This document shows positions 20,784 through 32,351 of a DNA stretch of 64,000 nucleotides, one piece after another; the stretch's first letter is position 1, and the number at the start of each line of letters is the position of its first letter. Under the pieces are notes generated by a model. That model ran no database searches. It was not told where the DNA came from and saw only the letters and a list, made by a program, of their open reading frames with translations. Location: positions 8,502 to 72,501 of IMG/VR virus record IMGVR_UViG_3300011718_000012, one strand, 5' to 3'. A program made the translations under genes and the position numbers. The stretch comes from a virus.

Positions 20784-22040
20784 ATGTTGCGCCCCCCTAT
20801 ATCTGATGTTCTTTACTTTGCCCTTCTTCACGGCGATCTGGCAGCGCTGGATGCCATCGGTAAAGAGAGACCAGAGGACATGATTCACTTACGCACTATC
20901 CTTTGCACCAATGAACCTGGAGCGGTTGATATTAATCTCGGACTTGGGCCAGGACTGGCAGAGAACGAACAGATCATTTCTTTTTTTGAAGGCCCCCGCG
21001 CCTACTTTATGTCTGCAGGTGCGAGTCTTCAGGCATATTTGACGGGCGGAAAAAGCAACGTATTGTTTGATTATTCACTCAGCTTTGATTCCAATTTTGC
21101 TGAAAAAATGCGCGCAGTCGTATCAGGAGAGAATATTCAGGAAATTGAACGAAAACGCGTTATCGAAATATTGATGTTGAAGGCATGCAACCCCAGAGTG
21201 CAGTTCGATTTGATGCCATTTCTCATCGAAAATGTTCGCCTTTCGCGTGATAATCCGCAGAACATACGTCCGCTTAATACGCTTATTGCCTTCCGCATGC
21301 TCGATTACCTGAACTGGGAGCGTTTCAGAGAATCGCCAGGCACATTTGTTTTTAGTAAGCCTGCAGAAACTCTTCGTTCCGAACTTCTTGAAGATGCGAA
21401 AGCGTTTATGCAAAAACTCTACAGTAACGGCTTCATAGCACAGCAGGAAGCTAAGAGCATATTCAATCAGGCTCTATTGTTACGCTTTGCCACACTCTGG
21501 CACCGTGATAGCAAGCCTGATTACAAGCTGATCATGCGTGAGCTCTTCATCTATTCTGTTAAGAAACTTGGGGCGATACCGCTCACGGAGTTGCAGCTCA
21601 TCTGGAGAGGCATGACCTCATCGCCAGTAGCGCCCTTTTTTGGCCCTGTAACAGGAAAGTCTCGCGACATGCTTAAGGCAATTCGCGGCATGGCATGGGA
21701 TATGGTTTTGCTGCGTCTGCTAGAGCAGGCTGCTACCGCGACTCAGAATGGATCCTTCTTTATTCCCTATTTCGTCACTAATGATGGTCGCTGGCGTGAA
21801 TTATTACGGCTCAGCCCGGTAAAGATGATGGTCATTGATGACCGGGAGCACCGAGTACAAGTTGCTCGCCAGAATGAAAAAGAGTTTAGAGCGATCTTCA
21901 TCGAATTCCTCGAGGGGGAACTACGTTCCTGTATGACACCTGAAATGATCGAGAAGCGCCGTTTGGCCGCAAAAAACCTACAGCCTGATGCATTAAGGGC
22001 ACTCATCGCGCAAGAAGAGGCATTGTGGGCCACCCCTTAG
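20784..22040 (+). CDS. Hypothetical protein (418 aa)
   Basis: Long ORF with AAGGAG RBS before the ATG at 20784. No family recognised. Confidence 0.7.
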   Translation: MLRPPISDVLYFALLHGDLAALDAIGKERPEDMIHLRTILCTNEPGAVDINLGLGPGLAENEQIISFFEGPRAYFMSAGASLQAYLTGGKSNVLFDYSLSFDSNFAEKMRAVVSGENIQEIERKRVIEILMLKACNPRVQFDLMPFLIENVRLSRDNPQNIRPLNTLIAFRMLDYLNWERFRESPGTFVFSKPAETLRSELLEDAKAFMQKLYSNGFIAQQEAKSIFNQALLLRFATLWHRDSKPDYKLIMRELFIYSVKKLGAIPLTELQLIWRGMTSSPVAPFFGPVTGKSRDMLKAIRGMAWDMVLLRLLEQAATATQNGSFFIPYFVTNDGRWRELLRLSPVKMMVIDDREHRVQVARQNEKEFRAIFIEFLEGELRSCMTPEMIEKRRLAAKNLQPDALRALIAQEEALWATP

Positions 22041-22111
22041 TATGGCTAATCTGCGCTTTGTTCATTCACTTTCGAAATATCAGTAATCCTCGTGTTTATT
22101 GAGTTGTTAGC

Positions 22112-22212
22112 GTCTGCTACTCGCGCAAAACGGCCATATAAAATGGATGCATGAGAGGATTGGTTCGCAGTTAGAAGGAGACGTTTGGGTCTCTGGTGCT
22201 TGTGAACAGCCG
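22112..22212 (+). repeat. box1 half-site plus conserved tail of about 80 nt, copy 1
   Basis: Similar to 37953-38053 (cggccatat...aggattggtt...gacgtttggg...tgaac). Confidence 0.7.
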
Positions 22213-22428
22213 GTCTTTGAACGGAGTGTTCGGTCATAATGTTGACGCCCTTGAAATGCGGTATGAATGACAGTATTGCCTGCTATTGAATACCTGGTGC
22301 TTTGAACACAAATGTGTATGGCTCGATCTGAGGGAAGAGGGCGGGGATTAAGTTATAACCCTGTGGGAGAGCCCGCTCCAGGCGCACCAACACAACAAGA
22401 AAAACGCATCGCGGTGCCTTCATCAAGG

Positions 22429-22482
22429 AGCGGCTCAGTAGTATACGTATTATGGTAGCTATACGCTTACTACTGAGCCGCT
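22429..22482. repeat. 23-bp inverted repeat with 8-bp spacer
   Basis: Arms 22429-22451 and 22460-22482 pair at 20 of 23 positions. Spacer ATGGTAGC. Confidence 0.85.
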
Positions 22483-22514
22483 AAGTCACCACGTTCCTGA
22501 ATGCTGTCAGTGAC

Positions 22515-24023
22515 TTAAAGTGATTCGGCAAACCGTGGCTGGCTGACAATCACGGACTTTTCGGTGCTCGTATTTCCGCTTTGTTTCTTACGCAGCGCCA
22601 GCGTCTCGTAGTAATGCTGTGCGGTGACTGTTTCAACAAAATCGACATCGTTGCCCGCCAGCTCAAATACGGCTTTTTTTATGTCCTGGAGACTGACGCT
22701 GAAAAACTCCTTACGACGGTTCACGAGATTCGTTCGTCTGGCGTCAAAGGCCTGATGGAGTGCCGTCTCCAGGGCCGGTGCATCCTCGCTGTGGATCATG
22801 GCATGCACGTCGAACAGGAACGGAACGGAAGCGCTGCCGAGTTCATCCACGCGGTCCTTGGGGTCAAGGCGACGCGTCATGCCAATTTTGTAAACATTTT
22901 CACCAAATGAGCCCACATTCGAGATAATGTAGACATGGCCACGTTTGGTCTGCTGCGCCATGCTCAGGGCTTTCTGGCCCTTAAGTTCTGCTTCCGTTAA
23001 TGCTTCCTGTAAGGTATCAATTTTCGTCTGATAGAGAGCCGCCTGTTCGGCTGTCATCTGCGCGAGTTTTGCGTCCATCTCCTTACGGGCTTTATCCAGT
23101 GCTTTTTGCGCCCGCAACTCTTCCGCTTCCGCCTCTCTGATGGCTCGCTCTATCTCCTGTTGCGCTTTACGTTCTTCGGCCATCTGAGAGCGGATTTCAC
23201 GCTGCTCATCTTTCTCTGCCTGTTTTTTCATACGGTATGCATGTACGAGGTCGAGCTCTTTGAGCTTCAGGGTCAGATAATCGTGACTGATATGGACATC
23301 ATTCACCTCATTCAGGGCGTTGATCTTATCAAACGCGGCCTGAATGCGATCGTGCATAACGGACCAGTTTCGGAACGTACAGTTAGCGATTGCTGCGTCA
23401 CATTCGCCGTTGAAAGCCCGGGCGGTCAGATTAATGGCGCGGGTTGTCATTTTTTTTCCTTCAGCACGCGAGTTGTGAACCGTCCAGTCCGTGCCGCACC
23501 AGATTGCGCCGCTCCGGGTCTTGATCCGCAGCAGCGCCTTCTGTTCCGCCCGGTTAGCTTTTACGGCGTCTTTAAATGCTTCTGAGGTATCGAAATCAAA
23601 ATGGGGTTCAAACATGCCCATCTCTGTAAACGCTTCCTCCTCGCGATACAGGGCAATCGCTTTTTCCAGCGCATCATAGATTCCTTTTTTCTCTGAATAC
23701 GATGTGCGCAATGTGGCTATCTGTTCCTGCAGCGAGAGAGAGGTTGACTGCGCCTCACTCAGTAAGGCGGTGGCTTCCTCTTCCAGGGCGTTGGCCACCA
23801 CCCGGGCATTTTCGGTTGTTGCCCGGGCCTGCTGCTCAGCCTCCTGCCTAAGTCGTGTGGCCTCGGCTTCAGCATCCGTAATTACCGCGTAACGCTGGAG
23901 TTGAGCCGCTTTGTCGGCGTCTGCGCGTTTCAGCATGCGCAATCTGGAGAGTAAAACGAAAACGGTAAAGACAGCCATTACGGCAACAATAGCCGCCGCG
24001 ACGGACAGGTGGAGCATGTTCAT
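22515..24023 (-). CDS. DUF4041 / T5orf172 (MUG113, GIY-YIG-like) membrane-anchored coiled-coil protein
   Basis: N-terminal TM helix, RAFNGECD, GHVYIISNVGSFGENVYKIGMTRR, ASVPF.FDVHA, RKEFF. Confidence 0.85.
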   Translation of the reverse strand: MNMLHLSVAAAIVAVMAVFTVFVLLSRLRMLKRADADKAAQLQRYAVITDAEAEATRLRQEAEQQARATTENARVVANALEEEATALLSEAQSTSLSLQEQIATLRTSYSEKKGIYDALEKAIALYREEEAFTEMGMFEPHFDFDTSEAFKDAVKANRAEQKALLRIKTRSGAIWCGTDWTVHNSRAEGKKMTTRAINLTARAFNGECDAAIANCTFRNWSVMHDRIQAAFDKINALNEVNDVHISHDYLTLKLKELDLVHAYRMKKQAEKDEQREIRSQMAEERKAQQEIERAIREAEAEELRAQKALDKARKEMDAKLAQMTAEQAALYQTKIDTLQEALTEAELKGQKALSMAQQTKRGHVYIISNVGSFGENVYKIGMTRRLDPKDRVDELGSASVPFLFDVHAMIHSEDAPALETALHQAFDARRTNLVNRRKEFFSVSLQDIKKAVFELAGNDVDFVETVTAQHYYETLALRKKQSGNTSTEKSVIVSQPRFAESL

Positions 24024-25241
24024 GAATTATCGTCCCTGAAAAAGTGGGGCACGGGTATCAATCCCGTAGCTGGAAAAAAATTGCCCTGAAATAGTTACGG
24101 GTAATGCTACCAAAAAAGCGTCTTCCGAGAGGAGAAAATCTGATTGTTCGTGCATGTGCTCTCGCTTCTGTCTGCAGGACTGATGAGTGAAGGCTGCTTT
24201 ATCAGATAACAGACAGGTGGGGGCGGCTGTTATATTTCTGGCAGCTGAACGGAGAGGATGAGGCTGTTAGCGCGCTTCAGAAGCATAGCGTTCCAGAACG
24301 CGTCGTGTTTTCCACCTGCCCTGACCCGGGAAACGGGGAGGCCCCCGCAGTTTGCCTGTTATGCCGCAGTGTCCCGCCAGATATCTTCATCCAAAGTTAC
24401 TTTTTGTCGCTGTTTGCAAACCGTGAGCCAGCTTTTTCGATTAAACAGCCTCGCTCCTTTAGTGGCGCCGTTAATACGCCCCTCTAAATGCCTCCTGCAG
24501 CTTCCTTTGGCGTTTTTTGAAAACCCTGAACGGTTCAAAGAAGTACTGAGTTCAGACGTGGTCCCAACGACAGACGGGGTCGGCTCCATAATCCTGGATG
24601 AGGGATACGCATACTTCCACAGCCCTTTTCGCCGGGATGGAATTTCATTTACGGGCGGATCCATCTCCCGCATTAATCCTTTCCGCCGCGTTGCTGCCAT
24701 TTTGTAGCGAGAGCCGAGGCCGATGGCTTTTGAGATGATGAAGACCCGGCTCCCAGGTTTTCGTATGCCCAATAACTGTGAGTTGAAGTCTCTGGCAAAA
24801 CTAATCAACAAGTTGACTATTGAGGCCATTTGACCACGGATGAATGGCAAACCTAAAGGAAATTAACACTAAAACTCGCAAAGTGTATAAAAATAACATT
24901 AATAAAATTCTTTTTTATTAATGGGTTATAGTGGCTATGCTTGTTTTACGTTGCTTTGGCAATGCATCAGCAGAATGGGAAATGGTAAACTCTGTTCATT
25001 CCTCGACTAAGCGTTAAAGTGTCGATGAATGACGTCCTTAATATTACGTTAAGGCGAAAAAAAAGAACCTGAGGGCAATCAGATTCTTTTTCAACTTCGA
25101 GAACAACAACTCATGTTCCCGAAATTATGCACCGCTTGAAAATTGGTGACATAAAAGTCAAATCAGATATTACCCGTGGGGTAATTCCGCGTCAACCGAT
25201 TGTACGGCGGTGTTCCTACGCCTTTTAGTAAAGGAGCACTT

Positions 25242-25352
25242 ATGGCAGAAGTTTTTGGCGCTTTTCTAAAAGCACCAGTGGTTACACAGGTTTTGACTGT
25301 GATCTTTGCAACTGTGATGTTGGGGATAATCGTGTTACCCATGATTTTGTAG
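25242..25352 (+). CDS. 36-aa hydrophobic peptide, possible type I toxin
   Basis: AAGGAG RBS, MAEVFGAFLKAPVVTQVLTVIFATVMLGIIVLPMIL, tandem TAG TAA stops. Too short for the ORF track. Confidence 0.55.
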   Translation: MAEVFGAFLKAPVVTQVLTVIFATVMLGIIVLPMIL

Positions 25353-25856
25353 TAAATATGCGCCTGATGCGGCCGTAAGGCCGCATATCTGTTAAGAACA
25401 ACTTCTTTAATCCATCCAGTTTTACCATAGCCACTTTCTCTTTGATCATATTCGGATATTCCTACCCTTAGTCACTCATACCAGTCACTCATATCATCGG
25501 GACATAAGCCTGCAGGGTTTCTTAAGATTTATTGGTGAATTATGTGCATGGGATAGAGAAAGAAAGTGGAAACCAGGCTATCCAAATATGGTTTGAATGC
25601 ATGATGCCGACCATTGTCTCTTAGTCATGCGGATGGCATATCTGCTGAAACGTCCCACCAGAGAGAACCTCAAATTATTGTGGGAGGGGTTAGGAAAAGA
25701 GATGAGGCTGGTGCTCAGGCTCGTAATGTGCAAAGTGTTAAACCGATGAATTTTCGGCGTTGAAAACGTTTAACCCCTTCGTTCAGATTCCCGGCAGGCA
25801 CAATCTCCTGTTGCATTAACCTGTGGGAGAGGGCGCTGCAACTGCCATGTTAACCC

Positions 25857-26237
25857 GTGATTCTAAGCGGTATAGTGTTGCTGTTCGATTTCGCGATGAG
25901 GGAGAAGTGGATGGACGATTTTCTGAAAGACTTTGGCAAAGTGGTAGAGGGCAGTTCGGGGGCCTTATCGTTTGGACTGATACAGTGCCTGGTCATGGCA
26001 GGGGCCGTCACCAGTCTGTCACAGAAAACCGGCGTACAGTACTGGTTTATGTTAGCGGCAGCCCTGGTTGCTACGGTGGGATTCTTCTTGTGCATTTTTA
26101 GCGTGGCCAGAGTCATTAAAGTCGTCGCGTCAACTAACAAGGTGAGACGTTTACAACTTTCCATTTTGTTATATCCGGCCGCTATTGGTGCCCTGCTGTC
26201 AGCGAAAGTAAGCCTTATCTCACTGTTGGGTAAATGA
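25857..26237 (+). CDS. Small membrane protein
   Basis: About three hydrophobic helices. Start codon uncertain. Confidence 0.5.
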   Translation: MILSGIVLLFDFAMREKWMDDFLKDFGKVVEGSSGALSFGLIQCLVMAGAVTSLSQKTGVQYWFMLAAALVATVGFFLCIFSVARVIKVVASTNKVRRLQLSILLYPAAIGALLSAKVSLISLLGK

Positions 26238-26512
26238 TTCAGCGAATGCACTCAACTCGGTTAACCGAAGCATTGAGCATTGGCACTGAAAAATGCCACT
26301 TCGATTATCAGATCACCGTCTAAGAGTAGGTTCTGATTCACCGAAGCTCGTATCTGACAGCATTGTTGTTGGATAATATTGCTGGCAGTGATGGAAGATG
26401 ATTGCTCAGGCCATCCATGAGATTTTGTCTTGCTGGCCATGACAGGATTACCATGGCGTCAATGTCATCGTGTGCCAGGAGAAAGCGTTTATGCATGATC
26501 GGACGCTGAAAC

Positions 26513-26623
26513 GAGAAAAGCCACCCTGTAGGATGGCTTTTCCGGTACGAACTTAAACGCACGGGTCCGAAGAAATCCGCGCCTGGACAATGACAAAGTA
26601 CCTATAGCTGACAAAAGCGTCAA
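26513..26623 (-). ncRNA. Putative small RNA (about 75 nt) divergent from the Abi gene, with promoter and terminator
   Basis: Minus strand: TTGACG-N17-TACTTT (26623-26595), a GC-rich hairpin, then the terminator gaaaagccatcctacagggtggcttttc. Confidence 0.5.
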
Positions 26624-26654
26624 CCTTATGCAGCAAAGCGTCGGGGAGGGCGAT

Positions 26655-27659
26655 ATGCAACTGGAAGACTACATTTCATCCGAGCGTCTGAATATTTATA
26701 CGGACATTCTCAGGTTAAAGCCTGAAGATATGCTCGGCGGATATAACTGAAATAAGGCTCTGTCAGCTGCGATGCAGCCGTTACTCTATTGCCTTGACGT
26801 CACGTTCCGAAATGCCATTGATTATGACATCTGTCACAATACGGAGCCGGAAGCGACAGGTTTATGGCGAACGGATGCTTCCTGGATCTATAACTTGCCT
26901 CGTTACATCGGAGACAACACGTACATCCGACAGGGCAAGCGGTTCATAATTGACAGGCGGGGAAACCCCCGGACATTTCCCGACGGCAGCCCGATGTATC
27001 ATTTCACCGCTTGGGAAGAGACCTGTGTACGCAAGGTCTCGAAGCGTATTATCGATGCTGGTAAACCGTTGACCCCTGAGCGCGTGATCTCCGGCCTGGA
27101 CTTTGGATTCTGGACAAATCTGCTTACGGCCGAATATGAAGAATCAAGGAAGCTCTCTCTGCTATGGCCACACCTGACCTCCGACGTCTTTCCCTCACGT
27201 CCTGCACACGTAAAGCGCCATCATATTGAGCAGAAGTTCAGTCGCATTCGTGATATGCGAAACCGTCTGGCTCATCACGAGGCGGTATGGAAGTTTCAGG
27301 AGCGTAACGCCCGGGGAGCCCCCGATTACAGTCGCCCCGTTTATGGGCTGAACGCGTCGCTGCATCTTCTGCGCCGGGCCTGGGAAGATATTCTTGAGAC
27401 GCTTTACTGGAGCAGTCCTTTGCGACACGCCGCTTTTCTGTCCGAAGGTCATCATGTGCGATTTGAAATGCTGGCAACGTTAGAGGGTCTGAAGTGTTAC
27501 ACCGGACGAGAGCACGTCACGGGTAACTTAAATATCCGGCCCAGCCGTGAAGCCAGGAAATTAATTCGGTCATTGCGGCAAGGAAAAACGTTGAGGATCA
27601 CTGACCGCGACCATCTGCTGGCTGTCATCGGCCCTGACTGGAGTCGTCTGGAAGAATAA
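26655..27659 (+). pseudogene. Abi_2 (AbiD/AbiF-like) HEPN RNase with an in-frame TGA at codon 32
   Basis: ISSERL..Y, YN*NKALS (TGA at 26748-26750 where W is usual), LDFGFW, HEPN MRNRLAHHE. The frame continues into the 26772 ORF. Confidence 0.8.
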
Positions 27660-27837
27660 ATTGCACAAATCAGTGATGGCCTCCCGGAACAACGCAAAAG
27701 GCACGGTATCCAAACCAGAGAAGACTCGCGCCTGGCTTATGCTAACGGGCGGCTAGTCCGGGACAATCTGGCTCAGATTGCATAATATCCTGAACAACGG
27801 TTGTAAATCATTTGACTGTTTCTCAGGACGATGCGCT

Positions 27838-30800
27838 ATGGCGATCTTTGATATCGAAAAAGATGGATTACTCGGACTTTCGGATACGCTTCTCGAAGAG
27901 TTAATTGCTCGCCTTGCTGAGGCCGACGTGGCGGCCTGCGGTCACAGCCCGGCGCGGGTGCGCTGGGCAGGATCGATCAATGCACCTGATGGGGGAGTGG
28001 ATGTCCACGTGTAGCTGCCGGTCGAACAATTCAGCTCCGGATATATAGAACGACCGGATACCGTCTTCCAGGCCAAAAAGCATAAGATGCGAAGGGCAGA
28101 TATTCTGCGAGAGATGGCACCTTCTGGCGTCCTTTCTTCCATGATATCCGTGCAGGCCGCAAAGGGGGGAAGCTATATCATTGTCAGTCTGGACGAGGAC
28201 TGCTCCCCCTCCATGCTTGCCGAACGCGTCAGAGCGATGCAGGAGGCTGTCAGGCACGATCCCTGTCATGCAGATCTTCATCTGGCCTTCTATGATCGCG
28301 CTAAACTCGCGCAGTGGATACGTCAATATCCGTCGGTGATGCTCTGGGTGAACAGAATACTGGGGCGGGGATATTCCGGCTGGCAGCCCTATGGCGCATG
28401 GAGTTGCCCTCCTGAGGGGGCGGACGATACCCTGATTACCGCCTCCGGTATCACGATCTCACTTCCGTCGGAGCAAGCCCGCCCCCTGAGTATTCAGGAT
28501 GCCATCGGGCCGATACGCCAGCTTATTCGGACCACCCGGAAAGCCGTGCGTATTACCGGTTTATCGGGCGTGGGTAAAACGAGGATCGTTCAGGCCTTGT
28601 TTGAGAGAACCATCGGTACTGATGCCCTGGACCGCACCCTGGCGGTGTATGCCGATACCGGTGACGATCCGAACCCTTCTGCCGCAGCCATGCTGGAACG
28701 CCTCATCGCTGACCAGCGCAGCGCAATAATGGTTCTCGATAACTGCCCGCCTGAACTTCATGCCTCCCTCGCGGCAAAAGTCACCTCTCACGGAAGCAGG
28801 ATCAAACTTATCACCGTTGAGTATGATATTCGGGAAGACAAACCCCAGACCACCGAAGTGATCCACATCGAGGCGGTAGGGCCGGACGTTGCGGAAAAAC
28901 TTCTGCTGCGCCGTTTCCCCGGTATCGGACAGTTGAACGCCCGTCGGATCGCGCAATTCGCTGACGGGAATGCCAGAGTCTCACTGGCTATCGCCGAGAG
29001 AGTGGAGGAGGGGGAGTCGCTGGCCGTTCTGTCTGATGCACAACTCTTCAACCGGCTTTTTGAACAGCGCCACGGGCCGGACGAGGGATTACGGGAGCAG
29101 GCCGAACTCCTTTCGCTGGTCTACTCATTTTCGAGTGACGTTTCTGAAGCCAGCGACAGTGAGCTGGGGATCCTAGGCTCGCTCGCGGGTTATTCACATC
29201 ACCAGCTCTACCGGACGCTTAACAAGCTGACCTATCGCCACATTCTTCAGGCCAGGTCGCACTGGCGGGCCATCTTACCCCATGCTATTGCGAACAGGCT
29301 GGCCGCCTCCGCGCTGGACAGCTTTCCGGTCGCGTGTCTCAGGTCTGCCTTTGAAGCGCCGGGACGCGAGCGCCTGCTTATGTCCTTTGCTCACCGGCTG
29401 GGGCTTTTACACGATCATCCGGTGGCAAAGGCGATTTCTGCCGCGTGGCTTCAGTCGGAAGGGGTGTTGGGTAATCTGCTGGGCTTAGGGGATGAGCCGG
29501 TTCGTATGCTGGAGTACATTGCGCCGGTGGTGCCGGACGTTCTGCTTAACAGGATTGACGCGGTCCTCAGGATCTCAGACTTTAAAAGCCGGGAGAGACA
29601 TTACGATCCGCGCTGGAGCACTATCCCCAATCTTTTGCAGGTTCTTGCGTGGGAGGCATCATACTTTGACCGTTGCGCCAGCCTTCTTCTGCACATCGCC
29701 GATAACGAAACGGATAAGTCTGGTCAGCGGAATGCACGGGAGATACTGACTCTGTTCTGTCAGCCCTACCTGTCGGGTACACACGCGTCTCTTGAACAGC
29801 GGATTACGCTTCTGGAAAAATGTCTCTCATCAGGTATGCCACAGCGTCGGGCGCTTGGACTGAGAATGCTTTCTGCCGGACTTAGCGGTTCGACGTGGAC
29901 AGGCTCGGGGATCTGTGAATTTGGTGCCCGCCCGAGGGATTACGGGGCAGAACCAGACTATGAGGCGTTGATGACGTGGCGACATGCGTTCATTGCGATT
30001 GCCGTTCGCGCAGGAAACGACAGCGAGAGTCATCTTGCCAGCGGTGCACGGACTATTCTGGCAAATTCACTCAGCGGCCTGTGGAGCGACAAGAAGATGG
30101 GCTCCGTGCTGGTTGATGCCGCCCGTGCACTGCATGCCCGTCTTCCCTGGGGAGAGGGCTGGAAGGCGATTCGGACCCGACTGCACTTTCTGCGAAAGGA
30201 TCCTCAGGTCTCGCACCTGCTGCTGGACACGCTTGATGCACTTGAAAAGGAGCTCAGGCCGAATGATTTGCTTTCTGCCATACGGCTTTATGTCCTGAGC
30301 AAAGGCCAGCACAACTGGGTGCTTGATGACGAATTTAACCGACATGGCCATGACCGATACGCTGAGGCAGAGCAGCGACTGACGGCCAGAGCAGAGCAAC
30401 TGGGGCGTGAGTTTGCCGCATCAAGGCTTTGTCTTTCTGATCTTAGACCCAATCTGTTTTCTTCTGAGTGGATGCCTTACCGGCGCGCATTCGGGCAGGG
30501 GCTGGCTCAGGGCGCTGTGGATCCTCGCGAGCACTGGCATTTACTTTTAAGCGAGCTGGACCAGGACACTACTGAAAATAAGGATTTTTCGGTATTTCTG
30601 GGCTTTATCGACGGTGTGGATCGTATTAATGAACCCCTGGCCCATGAGTTTCTGGATCAGTGCGCAGTGCATCCATCACTGAGTCGGGTCCTGGTTAAAA
30701 TTCATCCTCAGCGCGATTTTACCGAAACGGATTTGAATCGATGCATGTCGTTTCTGGATAAACCGGATATCCGCCCGTTTATGTTTGACACCTTTTTGTG

Positions 30801-31680
30801 GGATAAAAAATGCCAGCATCTGCCAGCCTCCCGGGTGCTCGAACTGGCCGAACGACTCCTGGCTCTGGAAAGCGGCGAGGCAGCGATTCTGAGTGGGCTT
30901 GGAATGAGACTTTTTGACATAAAGACGACAGAGGACATGCCCGGTCCCGAGCTTCTTCACATCGGTCTCAGGGCCGCCATACTGGTTTTACAGAAAGGGT
31001 CTGACACCATTGGCAGCCTCGTTGATGTCGATATGGAATCGGTCGTGGCGGCGGCACTGCAGTCAGACGATCACGACGGGCTCAAACATCAGTGGATGGA
31101 TGCTGTCTTCGCTGCGATTGATAAACACTACGGCTATATGCATGATTATCGTAAAACAATACAGACAACCGTGGAACTTATCCCTGAAGCGTTTCTCTCC
31201 CGTCTCTTTGCCGGTTCTGAAGACCAAAGGGTTATGCGCTTGTTCTTTATGCGAGGAAGCCTTCGGGATACTCCGCTGCTTTCAGGCGTTGACATCGAAA
31301 CCCTGATTAACTGGTGCTCCTGCAGTGACGATCCGGGCGTGTGGGCATCTGTACCGCAGGGGTTAGAACTCTGGGTAAGTGTTTCTGACTCAGGCGGGAC
31401 GGTCTTACACAAAAATGCAGTCAAGTTCCTCGAGGCTGCACCTGACCCTTCCGTGGTCCTTGAATCCTTTGCTGACTTAACGAGCCCCACAAGCTGGAGT
31501 GGCAGCCTTGCAAACATATGGCAAGCACGTGCTGACGCTTTCGGTGAACTCATCCATCACCCGCGGGCTGACATTTCAGACGCTGCAAGAGACATCCATG
31601 AGCGCTTAATGCTTATGATTGAGCGTCAACGGGATCGGGAACAGCAGGAAGATCGTAAAGGTGAACAGCGATTTGAGTGA
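27838..31680 (+). pseudogene. Mrr-like nuclease-NTPase-helical repeat protein (Avs/STAND-like, 1280 codons) with an in-frame TAG at codon 59
   Basis: PDGGVD..*..FQAK nuclease motif split by TAG 28012-28014. Walker A GLSGVGKT, Walker B MVLDN, GNARVSL. Same frame as the 28087 ORF. Confidence 0.7.
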
Positions 31681-32167
31681 AGACATTTAATCGGCGTCCG
31701 CAGACCGGCACGGCGTATCACGCTTCAGAATCATGTGTTTTAAATAATGTGGTGTTTTCCATCAGTCCTAGTCCGGGTAAACGGCGAGGTAACCGCAGTT
31801 CGCCAGCAGTGCCTCGCCAGATATCCTGATTCAACGACCCTTTATGACGCTGGCGGTACACCAGAAGCCAGTTGTTGTCGCTCCCCGATGCCGATGATAC
31901 ATCACTTGTCTCTGCTGCAGCGTTGATTCGTGTCCGGAATACCTCCAGCGACTCTGTCGGGCGTTTCATGGCAAATTGTAAACGGTGTGAAGGATAGCGG
32001 AATTAAGATCCCGTACAACGGGCGGACGGGTTAGGTTCAATAAACCAGGGCAGGGTAGCGTGCATGACACCAGCATAATCTGTTGTGTGAGCTGTTTGGT
32101 TGCTGGCGAGGGAAGGGCAGAGCATTCTCGTGATGAATGTTTTGAAGGGTTGCGCGTGAGAATGGGC

Positions 32168-32231
32168 GTCCGTTTTGTGCCAATAGCGGACATTGATGGC
32201 ACATGGTATGTTAGTTAAAAGGTGCAGGTCA
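32168..32231 (+). repeat. box2 half-site plus IS407-like right end
   Basis: gtccgttttgtgccaatagcggac 32168-32191, then ...ggtgcaggtca. Confidence 0.75.
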
Positions 32232-32351
32232 TGCCCTGTTTTCCGCCGTGGTACAATTGTTGCAAAAATCATTATAGCAACGAATAAAACCACCATGTTA
32301 AAAGAAGATCACAATCCGTTCATACTTGAATTTTAATAGCGCAGGTCATAC

